This document shows positions 1 through 12,945 of a stretch of 64,000 bases of DNA, piece by piece; positions within the stretch are counted from its first letter, which is position 1; every line of letters begins with the position of its first letter. A program made the translations under genes and the position numbers. The notes beneath the pieces are model-generated. The model was not told the origin of the DNA and did not search any database. It was given only the letters and a program-made list of their open reading frames with translations. Source of the stretch: Octopus sinensis. Its lineage: Eukaryota. The stretch is from assembly GCF_006345805.1 (NCBI RefSeq), contig NC_042997.1, positions 66,092,001-66,156,000 on the forward strand, read 5' to 3'.

Positions 1-117
1 ATCCTGATTCCAAAAAGGTATAATATGTCTAAGTACAGTAAATGTAGACTGAGATACAGGGGTCACAGAGAGTCAGACAGAAATTTGCATTTATTATTAC
101 AAATATGTATCTATGAA

Positions 118-149
<32 letters not shown>

Positions 150-186
150 ATGCAGGCACCTATACACAGTATAAAACCAAAAAGGG

Positions 187-382
187 AAAATTCAATTGTC
201 ACTAATTGTGACCAAAGATACCGCATCGCATCTATATTGCTAGAAATAAGAGTTATCTCTCCTGTCACTGTATGAAAATGTGCTTTCTTGTAGCTCTAAG
301 GGTTTTTAACTCTTATTTCCTATTTCTAGGAATATAGGTGCAAGCTGGCACTTTCAGTCACAATTAGTGACAATTGAATTTT
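187..382. mobile_element. MITE-like element with 26-bp perfect terminal inverted repeats
   Basis: aaaattcaattgtcactaattgtgac (187-212) is the exact reverse complement of gtcacaattagtgacaattgaatttt (357-382); no coding capacity. Confidence 0.6.
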
Positions 383-1409
383 TCTTATATATACACACAT
401 GCTCCTGAGATGAATGCTTGGGTTTTCCTTATCTCTTCATTACTATACATGATATATATACATATTGGCAAAGATGGGTGAAAAGCATTTGTGAGTCACT
501 GCAGCAATGATGTTTCTCTTGCTCCATTACATATTGTGTTTTTAACACAACAAATGTATATATATATATATAATATATAAAATAGAGATGTCTGTGTATT
601 CGCTTTTCACATGAAAACATCTTCACCAGTTGCTTCCATACTTGTGATGCATGAATAATTTGGCCTCCGACAAATGTTAGGCTCTTCATTTGATTTTTTC
701 ATTAAAAATAAATAATATTGCTTCATATATATATATGATTCACTTCTTTAAAAAAAGTTTTCTCAATGTCAACTTCCGGTATTGACATTGCAATGACAAA
801 AACCTTTACTCTCTATTTTTATGTTTTCATTTCAAGTTTTAATTCACTATTTGCAAACAACTACGATAAATTACTGAAATAAATATTTACTAAGTTCACA
901 AATTTAAACATTCCGTACAAGAACTTTTATTTATACGACTTTTTCATTTCATGTTTATTTCATTCATTGTTCGCAATATTCTCTTTCACCCTCTCTCTCT
1001 CACACATGCAAGTCAGTCACACATGCACACGTGTGTTTTTGTAAGTATGTTTGTATACATTTAAGTATGTGAATGTTTGGAAGAGAGTGAGTGAGTCAAG
1101 GGGTGCATTGTCATGTATATGTACATACATAAATATATATGCACACATCATTTTTGTATGTGTGTGTGTGTGTGTGAGACAGAGAGAGTGATGTCCAAGT
1201 GGCATTCTTTCTCTCTCTCTCTCTCTCATACACACACACAGAGAAAAAGATGTATGCATATTTACTTATGTATGTATACATAACAACACACCCCTTCTCT
1301 CTCTCACACACACACACGTGCATTTCATCTGATGTTTGATACTCTCTATGTGTCTGTGCATGGGGCATTCCACAATCTCTATTTATTTCAAGTACAATTT
1401 AGTTGAATG

Positions 1410-1748
1410 AATTGAACCTAGGACTTCTATTTTTTTAAAGCCTGGTACTTATCCTATCGGTCTCTTTTGCTGAACCACTAAGTTACAGGGATGTAGACAT
1501 GCCAACACAAGTTGTCAAGCAGTGATAGGAGACAAACATAGACACACAAAGACATATATGAATGTATGTATGTATGTATATATATGTATATATATATATA
1601 TAAACAATGGGCTTCTTTCAGTTACCATCTACTGAATCCACTCACAAGGTTTTGGTCAGTCCAAGGCTAATGGTGCCATACAATGGGACTGAACCTAGAA
1701 CCATAAGGTTGGGAAGCAAGCTTCTTACCACTTAGTCACTCTGGCACC
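1410..1748 (-). mobile_element. tRNA-derived SINE, family A (internal TA/CA microsatellite)
   Basis: Reverse complement of the head 'tggtaagaagcttgcttcccaacc..ggtt..ggttcagtccca', the core 'ccttgtgagtggatt..gtagatgg.aactgaaagaagccc' and the tail 'agttcagcaaaagagaccgatag', all seen in many other copies in the window. Confidence 0.8.
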
Positions 1749-1760
1749 TCTCTCTCTCTT

Positions 1761-1791
<31 letters not shown>

Positions 1792-1794
1792 CTG

Positions 1795-2045
1795 TGCCTG
1801 TATGTGTGTGTCTGTTTGTCTTTGAGTTATATTTGTCCACCACTGCTTGACAACTGGTGTTAGTTTGTTTTGCATATATCTTTACAACTTAGCAATTCAG
1901 CTAAAAAATACTTATAGAATAAGCACCAATACAATAAAATAAAATAATAAAATAAAGAAGAAACTGGAAACAATTTGCTTGACTAAAACCCTTCAAGCCA
2001 TTGCCCCAGTATGGCTGCAGTCCAATGACTGAAACAAATAAAACG
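1795..2045 (+). mobile_element. SINE family A, 3' half
   Basis: 'ccaccactgcttgacaactggtgtt..aacttagc..ccccagtatggctgcagtccaatgactgaaacaa' matches the family A tail. Confidence 0.7.
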
Positions 2046-3922
2046 AAAATGGTGAAAAGATTACTAAGGGAATTTGAATTTTACCTTTACTGTTAGTTTT
2101 ATATGTCATCAGTCAGATATTTATTTTCATTTATGACTACTGTACATTGTCTATGTGTTTATTCCAGCACTGTACTATGTTATAAGAATTACTTTGCTTC
2201 CATCATTCTACCCTCTATTCTTAAGTACAATTCTATAGTGTGTAAATCTATTATTCTATAATGTTTTCCTCGTTCTGATTGGTGGTGTGTGGAGTAATGC
2301 ACTGCAACTGTTCTTTGTGATAAGTACATGGTGCAATGTACAGGCAATATAATAGCTGATGTCATGAGGTTTACAACTTTTACATTAGCAATTGAATTTA
2401 TAAAACACATTGGTCATTAGCAGCTTGTTCTCAAGTTTGCATGCTTGTGATTTGCTATTGATAAAGGGTTTTTCTCTTTTAAAATTCTAGTGCTTTTGTT
2501 GCGTATTATTAGTGTTAATTATGTGATTTGGTGTGAAGCATTGTTTAGTTTCACAAGATCTCTGTTGATGTGTTCATCTATTATACAGTTAGCATGCATT
2601 TGATTCATAAAACATAGTCTGTGTGCCGTTTGTGTATCTTTAATAGGTGTAGTTAGTAATATTCACTGTGTTGTATTTCTTCCTATATACATGCATGTAT
2701 ATGTGTATGTATGTGTGCATATGTGGGCATGTGTATGTGTATCAATATATACACACGCAATATAGATAGATACACATACATGCACTTGATTGTGTGCATG
2801 TTCATACTCATTTATATACAACATGCCTACTAAGATTGAGAACTGAAGAAGGGGACAAGAAGAGGATGAATGTTTTTAGTGAGGAAAGATTGAAGGGAAT
2901 GGGTTGAAAAAGTATGAATGGCATAAGGAAAGTGAGAAGTGCATGCGTGCGTGAGTGTGTGTGTGTGTCTGCACACGTGCAAACAATGGATCAGCTGATT
3001 TTAACTACTGAGTAAAGATCAAAAGAACTGCTTTGCTACTGCAGTTTCACACAAACACACTGCTACACTTGTAATTATTTTCTCGTTGTCATCCCACCCC
3101 CAACAATCCACCCACCTACACAGCCCTATCATTCATTTTTAACCACCTTGATATTGTTATTTCTCCCTTCCAGCCCCTCTCCTACTTTTGTTTTACTTCT
3201 TGATTTCACCAGCTCCTTTCTGCTACTCTTGCTCTTAATTGTTCTCAATGTTTATGTTTGTCTCCAATTTGTCTTTGTTACTCTTGTAATTACTGTAGTT
3301 GATGCATTTGTTATTTTCCCTCCGGCTTGCTAATCTTGTTACCATTATTATTGTTGTTACTAAAAGGTGTTACCTCCCCTTTACAACACCATTTACTATA
3401 CTGTTATTGTGTAACCCCAAAGTGAGCATTAATCAAGCAGTGCTACGGTGTGCATGAAGTTAATTGAACAAGGGAGCAGCATGACACACAGTTTCATTTT
3501 CTCAGTTATACCCAGTTAACTGCAACAAGCTGAGCATCATACTGCACATCCCAACATGCAGCAATAATCCTACGAGATGCAATACAGCAATCAGAACACA
3601 CCAGATTATATCCAAATGAAACAGTGGATTAAGTAAGTGCTACTTTAAGTTTCATGTTGGAGTGTTTGTGCAATAGAGGCAAAGGAAGAGTGTGAAACAT
3701 CATCTGTGCATAGCATCTGTATGTTTCATGCAAGTATGGGGAAGTCAAGTAGGAATAGATTGAACAGAGTAGATTTCTGTAGTTGCACCATTCAGAAAAT
3801 TGCTGGCTCTGAAAGCATTGTTCTTATATACTGCATAGGCTTGGTAGCATGGCAGTTAGTTTGGGAACCAGTGTTTTACATTGTTTCTTAGCATAATGAT
3901 GAACAACTTTGCCAATCTGCAA

Positions 3923-4248
3923 ATGTCCATGACTCCTAGAGAGTTATCTCACCTGTCCATGACTCTAAGGTGTCTTTACACCCAGTGCTTCAAGAGAATA
4001 TTCTCCACCACGCCAATAACAGCTTACTAGCAAATACATGTGATTGATAATATTTATTACACTCATGCTGGTTTTGTTTTATATTTAAATTTATTTCTTA
4101 CATATGGTGAAACATCAATGTCCATCACTCCTAGATTGGATTGAAGGTGAGTTATCTTGCCACTCCATAGCTCTAAGGTGTCTTTACACCCTGCGCTTTG
4201 AGAGAATATTCTCCACCATGCTAATAGCAGCTTACCAGCAAATACATC
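3923..4248 (+). repeat. Diverged local duplication (~120-130 bp x2)
   Basis: 3923-4040 and 4118-4248 share 'ctctaaggtgtctttacacc..agagaatattctccacca.gc.aata.cagctta.agcaaatacat'. Confidence 0.8.
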
Positions 4249-4314
4249 AAGCATATTCATTGAGTATATGTAGTCGATAAAATGTATCTATAAGTGTGTG
4301 TATGTGTGTGTATT

Positions 4315-4530
4315 CCTACCACAAGCACAAGGCCTGAATTGTTTCTTTGTTAGTGGGGAGGCTAGTCAATTACATGAAGCACAATGATCACCTGGTACTT
4401 ATTTTACTGACTCCAAAAGTATGAAAAGCAAAGATGACCTCAGCGGAATTTGAATGCAAAATATAAAGCCATAAGAAATGCTGCTAAACTTTTCTGTCCA
4501 TCATGCTAATATTCCTGCCAGCTCACCATC
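4315..4530 (-). mobile_element. tRNA-derived SINE, family B
   Basis: Reverse complement of 'ggtgagctggcagaat..gcattcaaattccgctgaggtc.tcttttgc.tttcat' seen in the + strand copies at 27950, 46674 and 46929. Confidence 0.75.
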
Positions 4531-4564
4531 TTTATGATATCTGTATATCGAATGTATCACCGTC

Positions 4565-4860
4565 ATTATCATCATCATTACCATCATTGTTTTAATATCC
4601 CACTTTTACATGCTTGCATGTGTCACACAAAATTGACCGAGGCAGATTTTCTATGGCCAAATGCTCTTCCAGTCACCAATCCTCATCTCTTACCAAGGAA
4701 AGTAGTGTTTCCCTTAATCCTTCAAATAGGAACAGCATGAAGACCAGACAAGTTTTCAGAGAAGATTGCAAACAACCATCACTGTTACACTGCTTATATA
4801 ACAGTGTCACTTATTTACGACTAGCAGATGATATCAAGACAAAAAAAAACATGAACACAC
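4565..4860 (-). mobile_element. LINE-type 3' end (RTE-like subfamily 2) with (ATG)n tail
   Basis: catcat run followed by 'tttaatatcccacttttacatgcttgcatg..gaggcagattttctatggcc..atgctcttcc'; similar copies at 41240, 52380 and 61740. Confidence 0.6.
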
Positions 4861-5540
4861 GTACACACATATACACACAAAAAAGAGGCTTCTTTTCAGT
4901 TTACCTCAACCAAATCCACTCACAAGGCTTTGGTCAGCCTGAAGTTATTGCCTGTAGAAGACACTTGCTTATGATGTCATGCAGTGCTTCAATCCCACTA
5001 TACAGCCTCTTAAGCATTTTTTTTTTTTTTTTTGTGTATGTAATTAAACCTTTTCTGTTGTGAAAGGATCTGTCTAATCTGATTTAGTTATAATTTGGAA
5101 TACTGATAATTCTGTGTTCAGGCAGTAAAAATGTTTCCTAAATAATTGTTACATGCATGTCATGGATGATTATAAAATCTTTTAGTTCCATTAATGTGAT
5201 TCTGCAGAAATTTTAGATTTTTGAATCATGTTCACAAGGTTTATTATTTTGTGTGTAATGCATTTTTTAAAAAATGTATTCCTTATGAATATGTGACATT
5301 AGAAAGGGAGATTGTAACAATATTTCCTGACTGTATCATTGCTGTTGTATCTCAAGTCAACCATTACTTTTTCGTATAAAGTCATGCATTTTGCTAGAGG
5401 TATTTATTAACTATATTGTTGGCATTTGTATAAATATTTTGTAGACATTTTTGTAGTAGTTTTAGAATCTGCTTTATGTGGATCTGTGTCCTCTTCTGAT
5501 GGCATTTGCACATGCTGAGAGAAATAATTTCACATATTGG

Positions 5541-5880
5541 GTAAAGCGTAAAGGCCTCCTTCTGTCATGAACGACCACAAGATTGCACCTAGAAAGTTAC
5601 CCTTCAAGGCACAAATCTGGGCAAAGTTGTTTTATGGAAGGCCAGCAGTTTCCCATGCATACCAGCCTCCCCTCTCCACACCACTGATGTTATCCAAGGG
5701 AAATGCAAGGCTGATACAGCTTGGCACCAGTGATACCACAACTCATTTCTACAGCTTAGCGAACTGGAGCAACATGAAATAAAGTGTCTTGCTCAAGATC
5801 AACAACACACAGCCTGGTCCAGGAATCAAACTCACTAACTCATTACTGTGAACCCAACACTCTAACCACTGCGCCATCAA
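5541..5880 (-). mobile_element. tRNA-derived SINE, family C
   Basis: Minus strand begins with a tRNA-like head with A/B boxes (gcagtggttagag..gagtttgattcctgg), then a 'gttgatcttgagcaagacactttatttcatgttgctccagttc..agctgtagaaatgagtt' core. Confidence 0.75.
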
Positions 5881-6739
5881 AAATTTATCATTCAACACAC
5901 ATTCTTACTATAGCCATTTTCTCTTCATTTCTGCCATATTATATATTATATTATATTCAGAATTAATTGAATCAGTATATTTATACATTTCTGGAAATCT
6001 AAGACAGTTCTTGAGGAAGATGTGACTGCAATTTCTTGCAAGCTGAATAACCACATAGAGGTTTCCTATTGTTATTACATCTGTAGCTTTAACCCCTGCC
6101 GGCAGTCACTGCTGCCCTGCTGCTGGTCGTCGTCGTCACAGCAGCAGCAGCAGTTGTTTAGCATCAAACCAACCTTGATCCAACAGACCATTCATGAAAG
6201 GCAGTTCAGTAGTGATTGTTCTGTTGTTTTAGAGTATCTAGGACTACATGTATCTAATGTGTCGTTACCTTATTAGAAGATTTATTGGTGTGATTTAAGG
6301 GTGATACATTGCTATTTATTGCCAGTCAAACAACCCCATAGACACTCTGTCGATGGGATTTTGTGGTTGATGTTGCAATGCCTGTATCAGTAGCATTTAC
6401 TGGTTTTTCTTTTTTGGTACTATTGATGGTGCTGTTGTTTGTGTTTAATATCACCACCTCACCTATCACTGCCTTACCTCCACACTGACCTCCTTCATTG
6501 ATTCATCTTAGTCACAGAGATCAATCAAAGCGGCTTTGATGATTTGTAATTTAGAAAACACTAAACTTACAATTAAATTTCTGCCTCACTCTCCATCACC
6601 ATGCTCTCTCTCCCCCACCTCTCATTCACACACACACACACACACACACAGACGCATGCATGTGTGTGTGTGTGCGTGTGTGTGTGTGTATGTGTGTGTG
6701 TGATGTATACTACAATATATATTACACATATATATATAT

Positions 6740-6926
6740 AGGCACAAGTGTAGCTGTGTGTTAAGAAGCTTGCGTCTTAACCACATACTTCCGGTTCAGT
6801 CCTACTGTGTGCCACCTTGGGCACATGTCTTCTACAATAGCTTCAAGCCAACCAAAGCCTTGAGAGTGGATTTAGTAGATAGAAACTGAAAGAAGCCTGT
6901 CATGTATATATGTGTGTGTGTGTGTG

Positions 6927-6964
<38 letters not shown>

Positions 6965-7155
6965 TTTGTATCTATATTTGCCCTCCCACCATCGCTTGAT
7001 AACCGATGTTGGTGTGTTTACATCCCCATAAATTAGCAGTTCCGCAAAAGAGACCAATAGAATAAGTACTAGGCTTACAAAGAATAAGTCCTGGGGTTGT
7101 ATTCTTCAACTAAAAATACTCTTTAAGGCAATGACTGAAACAAGAATAAAAGAAT
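6740..7155 (+). mobile_element. SINE family A, near full length
   Basis: Head gtagctgtgtgttaagaagcttg..ggttcagtcc, internal (TG)n, tail ..gactgaaacaagaataaaag. Confidence 0.85.
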
Positions 7156-7344
7156 ACATGTCCATATAAAACAGGTGACCATATCAGAAAGGAAAGCCAT
7201 CAATAACTTCTCCCTTCTCTTTGCTCCTGGCAAGAACAGCTACAAACACATCATACGGTATATTTCATGCAGTGGACAGGGAGACGTATCAAACTACATT
7301 CATAAATTATCACAAAAATATGAACCAGATACAAGTAATCATCA

Positions 7345-7750
7345 TCATCATTTAATGTCCATTGTCCATGCTGGCATGGTTTGGACGGTTTGACCAGGGC
7401 TGGCAAGCTGGAAGGCTGCACCAGACTCCAGTCTGAGTCTGCATGGTTTCTACAGCTGGATGCTCTTCCTAACACTAACCACTCCGAGAGTGTAGAGGGT
7501 GCATTTACATGCCACTGGCATGGATGTCATTTGCATGACACCAGTATCTGCCATAACTGTGATTTTACTTGGATTGATGGGTCTTCTTCTCAAGCACAGT
7601 ATAATGCCAAAAGTCACAGTCATTTGTCATTGCCTCCATGAGGCCCAACACTCAAAAGGTGCTTTTTACATGCCACCAGCATGGGTGCCAGTTATGTGAC
7701 ACCAGCATCAGGAGAGGTCTTCTCAAGCACAGCATATCACCCCAAAATGT
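7345..7750 (-). mobile_element. RTE LINE 3'UTR fragment
   Basis: (CAT)n then 'tttaatgtcc..ccatgctggcatgg.ttggacgg..ctacagctggatgc.cttcctaac..accactccgagagtgtag', matching the RTE 3' end at 10045-10210. Confidence 0.8.
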
Positions 7751-8204
7751 AAACCAAAAATGTATGCCTCTGACAATAGAGGTTTTGCTGTTTCTGTTGG
7801 TTTTCTGCAACAGAAGTTCAATATGAAGTCTCTTCTGTTTGCATCTGACAGAAATTTTAGTTAAAATGCTGTACCAATTTCCATTATGTTGAAAGGGTGT
7901 AGACGAGAAAATTTGATAGCCAAAGCTTCCTCGCATTCTCCTTGCAACAAGTATACATTTATACATTCAAAATATGATGTAATTTGGAACAGTATGTCTC
8001 TGGTAGCAGCAGTCAGAATTTTTAGCTGAAACCTGACAGAAGTCTTTCCCATTGATACTCAAAGCACGTAAGAATATATCTAACAAAACCTGATAATATA
8101 AATGTTGGTTAATGACATAAGCATAGCACCGCATTTCAAAGAGGTGTGAGTTATAAAGAATTATATCATTTCAAGTATATCATTTAAATTGAAGCTGGTA
8201 TGTT

Positions 8205-8635
8205 CTGCTGTATGTGTGATGTCAGTCTGCTTGTGTGATAGATCATTGGTGTATTGAGAGAGAAGTTGAGCATAAGTGGAATTATATGCAGTGTGTAAGA
8301 GAGGAAACTGTGCTGGTTTGGTCATGTGATGTGGATGTATAAGGACGGTTGCACAAACAAGTGCTGATCACTTAAAGTGGAGGGAAGTGGTGGAAGAGGG
8401 GAGAACTAGGAAGACATTGAATGAAGTATTGAAAGCCGATCTCAAAACACTGAACCTTATGAAGTAGATGACAGAGGACCGAGATATGAGGTGTACTGCT
8501 GCACTTGAGAAGACTCACCCACCACAACAGAATCCTAAAATCAGAGATCCTAAAACCAAGGTGCCATGTAAAAAGCATTTGTGTGGGTGCTCATGTCATG
8601 TAAAATTTACTGGTTCCACATAAAAAACACTGGTG
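8205..8635 (+). pseudogene. Decayed RTE LINE 3' fragment (RT C-terminus plus UTR)
   Basis: Alignable to 56160-56460 (gagagaagttgagc..ggtcatgtg..ggaagagg..aggaagac..gatctcaaaacactgaacctt..gatgacagaggaccgag) with stops and indels. Confidence 0.75.
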
Positions 8636-9281
8636 AGGCTGTAGTAGAAGACACTCATCAAAGGTGTCACACAGTGAAACTGAACCTGGAACCATGTGGG
8701 TTGGAAAGCAAGATTCGTACCACACAGCCACACCTGTAACTATAATGAAAGCCTTTTTAGAAAGCTCAAATTTATCTCCAACTGTTTGAATACTTATTTA
8801 CATGAAATAGATCTATTGATTCAATGCTAAGACATGATCAACTATGCAATCATATAATATTTGGGTTACTACTGTGATTGGGTAATTCAATTAGGCTCCA
8901 ACTGAGCTAATCAAATATTTAATACTAGATGAGTTCAACATAAAGACATTGTTAAAGTGTCAATCAGGTGTTGTGATTATAAAGCAGGAAATCCATCATC
9001 ATTATTATTTTCAACTTCATCAACATTTAATGTCTAATTTTACATGCTGGCATGGGTTAGACAACTTGACAGTAACTGCAAAGCCAGGGGCCACACCAGG
9101 TTCTGTTGTCTATTCTGGTTTGATTTTACAGCTGGATGCCCTTCCTAATAATAACAGAGTGTATTGGGTACCTTTTACATGGCACCAGCACTCACACCAA
9201 TGATTTTTTGTGACACCTTAGTTTTAGGATTTCAATTCTGTTATAAAAAAAAAATCACAATTTTGATTCTTCAAATTTCAG

Positions 9282-9337
9282 ATCCATATGTGATTCACTT
9301 GTTTACTCTTTTACTAATTTTGATCTTCAGACTACAG
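9282..9337 (+). other. Candidate 56-nt internal exon
   Basis: ttcttcaaatttcAG acceptor and AG|GTATGC donor; open in two frames (SICDSLVYSFTNFDLQTT or PYVIHLFTLLLILIFRLQ); no recognisable homology. Confidence 0.25.
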
Positions 9338-10044
9338 GTATGCATGAGCACCAGCTGTCTCCTTATTTTATTGAAGTTCATTAATCTGCTCTAGATTTAC
9401 CCAAACTATATCCCTTTTAGAGAGGTTTTTTTTTTATAGACTTTGATACAACATATAAATTACACAGGCTTACACACACACACAAATTTCTACATATATC
9501 TACTATGGGCTTTTGACACAGCTTCAACCTTACAAATTTCACTTGAAAGGTTTTAATCAACATGAAGCTTATAACAGATTATATGTAGCCGGAATATTCA
9601 GCAATCACCTGATGTTGCAATTCGCATGTGATCAACAAAATCTGACCAATCATGACTTTGCATGGGATAGGCTCCAGTGAAGATTTAATTTTTTACTGTG
9701 CTTCTTTCTGAACCTAACCATCAGTATAAATTCACACACCTCTCCTACTTGACAGAAAGCTTTGGGATGTAGCCAAGGGAGCAATGAGAGAGAGCATAGA
9801 TGAAATGGCAAATGGACAGCAAATAGATACAGACAGGTGCTGACAATCACCACCATGAATGATCAACAACACAACCAGCTCCTAACTTTTTGACAGTTAT
9901 TACAATTACATCAAGAAAAATGACATTCGAACTCTCTTCACATTTTGTCATTCGTAATAATGATTGTATTTGTTTTTAATGTACAAAAAGAATAAAAGTT
10001 TTGTTTGTCAAAAATTGCAATCTTTTCCAGGTCTCTTTTTCATA

Positions 10045-10815
10045 CATCATCATCATCATCGTTTAACGTCCGTTTTCCATGCTAGCATGGGTTGGACGGT
10101 TCAACTGGGGTCTGGGAAGCCAGGAGGCTGTGCCAGGCCCAGTCTGATCTGGCAGTGTTTCTACAGCTGGATGCCCTTCCTAATGCCAACCACTCCGAGA
10201 GTGTAGTGGGTGCTTTTTACATGCCACCTGCACAGGTGCCAGACGAGGCTGGCAAACGGCCACGATCGGATGGTGCGTTTTATGTGCCATCGGCATGGAG
10301 GCCAGTCGGGGCGGCGCTGGCAACGGTCACATTTGGACGGTTCTCTTACGTGCCATCGGCACTGGTATCTCAGCTACAATTTCCATTGATGTTGAAAGAT
10401 TTCGATTTTCATTTACATTTTCACTTGCCTCAACAGGTCTTCACTAGTAGGGTTTGTGTCACAAGAAGGAACGGTATGCGTAAGTGGGCTGGCTACGCCC
10501 CAGGTAGAGGCCACGGGTTATGGTCTCACTTGTCCTGCCGGGTCTTCCCACGCACAGCATACTTCCAAAGGTCTCAGTCTCTGGTCATTTCCTCGATGAG
10601 ACCTAAAGTTCGAAGGTCGTTCTTCACCACCTCGTCCCAGATTTTCCTGGGTCTACCTCTTCCACAGGTTCACTCAACCGCCAGGGTGTGGCACTTTTTC
10701 ACACAACTATCTTCATCCATTCTCGCTACATGACCATACCAGTGCAAACGTCTCTCTTGCACACCACAACTGATGCTTCTTAGGTCCAACTTTTCTCTCA
10801 AGGTACTTACAGACA
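10045..10815 (-). mobile_element. 5'-truncated RTE LINE with complete 3'UTR and (GAT)n tail
   Basis: Minus-strand peptide STLREKLDLRSISCGVQERRLHWYGHVARMDEDSCVKKCHTLAVE closely matches the C-terminus of the 55070-56473 ORF; UTR matches 56474-56750 and continues to ..gacgttaaacgatgatgatgatg. Confidence 0.92.
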
Positions 10816-11289
10816 GACAAACAGATAAATATAAATATATATATATATATATATCTTTATCCAAGGAGAGGGACTTAAATCAGAACCATCCATTTGTGAT
10901 GCACTGTATTTATTGCTAATTAAATTGCATTTTTAACATCATTAGGAAAAGTATGCATATCACAACACATCTATGATGATAACAGAACTGACAATATAGT
11001 GACAAATACCTCTGGTCACATAAGTTCCAGCAATTTGGTCTCTTTACAGGAAACACAAAAATGCTTCTCCTTTTACATTGATCAGCTACATTATTAATGA
11101 TGCACAGTAGTAAAATGAAGTCATGTATGACAGGATTAAAACTTAGAGCCTTAAACAAGAGAACAGATAATTAATTATACAGACATAGTTAGAACTTAAT
11201 AGTTGAGCCAGCATCAAACCAGCCCAGTTGGATTTCATTAATCATTAATTATACTTTAAATCAGTCTCTCTCTTTCTTTCTATCTCTTC

Positions 11290-12400
11290 TCTCTCCCTTT
11301 TCCCCTTTCCTCACAGTCTATATTGTACATATTAGATGTGTTAGTAGTGTTGTTTCTAATTTCTACATCACCATTAATATTATTCTCATTGTAGGAGTTT
11401 AAACTAATGTTGACAATATTATTATTATTATTAACTCCTCTTGTCAATTTTATATTCTTTCTATTTAATCTGGCTATGATGGTACCTATATTGGGGAGGG
11501 TTGAATACAAGATTCTGTCTTATGAGAAAATATTCTATTATATCTATGGGAAGCAGGGAAGTTTCTTAGTAAAATTGCCATAACTTTCATATATATGTTG
11601 GTGGACACGGCACAGTTGAAGGGAACATTATACTAGACCAAATCATTACTTTCAGACCTCTTACATATGTAAGGGCAGAATCTACCTACTCTTTCAATGC
11701 CTTCCAAACTCATGACTTGATTATTAGGTATCGCTATACTATCAGCATTTTTATTATCATTAGAGGGTGGCATAATCAGTTACTTAAGTCTTTGCAAGAT
11801 GGTTATACTATATCCATATAAATGTATAAATATTTGTGTATGTGCATATGTACATGTGTGCACATATATAAATATGCGTGTGTATCTGTACACATCCTTA
11901 TTTTTTTTTTCCTGATTCATGGCTTAAAATTAATATATAGATAGCATGCTCATCATTCCAGTTATTCCATAAGTAAATGTTCTGAGCAGTCTTTATAGAA
12001 ACCACCTAATAAGTAATTAAGTACATGAATGAATATTAAACTGATTCTATGTAATCTTTCTTTTTTAATGTTTATAATTGATATATACACACATTTTACC
12101 TATTTTGGTTATGATATCATTTTTGAAAATCTTAAATTTTATTTTTACACAGCATAACAATATTGTTTATAAAGAATCACCCATAGTGCCCCAAGATAAA
12201 ATTTCCCCTTTTTTAACATCCTAGGTTTCTTAGCATCTTGCACCTTTAACTGGTAATTAACATCATGATTTAAAGTCTTCCCCTATCCAGTTTCTTTTTA
12301 TAGACAGTTACTTTATATCCAGTTGACTACTCCTAATGTCTTCTTTCCTCCCTGCAGAAAAGGGATACAAATGACAATATTTATGACCATACCTAGCCAA
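11290..12400 (-). pseudogene. Highly decayed Penelope-like element (RT/linker region)
   Basis: Frameshifted minus-strand peptides YNVPFNCAVSTNIY, FPASHRYNRIFSHKT and YSTLPNIGTIIARLN resemble the PLE linker W.NPP...V.TNI..FP..H...KIF...YS..PN...II..HN; followed by an Asn-rich stretch. Confidence 0.6.
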
Positions 12401-12945
12401 GAGCTGTCAACTTACTCTTGCCCCTTATTCAAAACAGACAAGTCTTCTAGTCTTAGATTTAGTAGCTGATAAAGACATAAATGAATTAGAAATAAATTAC
12501 AATCCTTTACAAGCTATCACCCCAACGGGCTTCATGCAATTCTTGGAAGTGTAGTCTATTCTTAGCTACAATAGTGACAACATGAATTTCTTCCATCTTT
12601 TTGCTCTGTTAAAGTATTTGAGAAAAATTATATTAATGTGTCTGACTGCTTAAAATTCTATTTATTTATTTGTGCAGCTGAAAATGGCACTACTTTTAAA
12701 TTGATGTAATGATTGCATTGTTCAATTAAATGGAGCCGCTTGAAACAGTTGTACTGCATCACTACTGTTGCTTATTTTGATTATATATATATCTGTAATA
12801 TAATATGTGACAATTATTCAGTTGCCATAATAAGACTCCGAGTTTCGGATGTTGGGGTGGAAAACTGCTTTGGCAACTCGTCAGTTATCGAGGTAATCAA
12901 AAAATGCTATGAGAATGACCATTAAACAAAGGGAAATTACTATGT

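Noticed and set aside
5466-5540. Candidate exon NLLYVDLCPLLMAFAHAERNNFTYW
   Set aside because: The apparent GT donor is supplied by the end of the adjacent SINE; no homology
8028-8090. Minus-strand VLLDIFLRALSINGKDFCQ resembling a SANT/Myb helix
   Set aside because: Short resemblance only, weak donor, no supporting exons
10092-10733. 213-aa + strand ORF
   Set aside because: Antisense to the RTE 3' end; same for ORFs 55075-55464, 55576-55884 and those inside the UTR array
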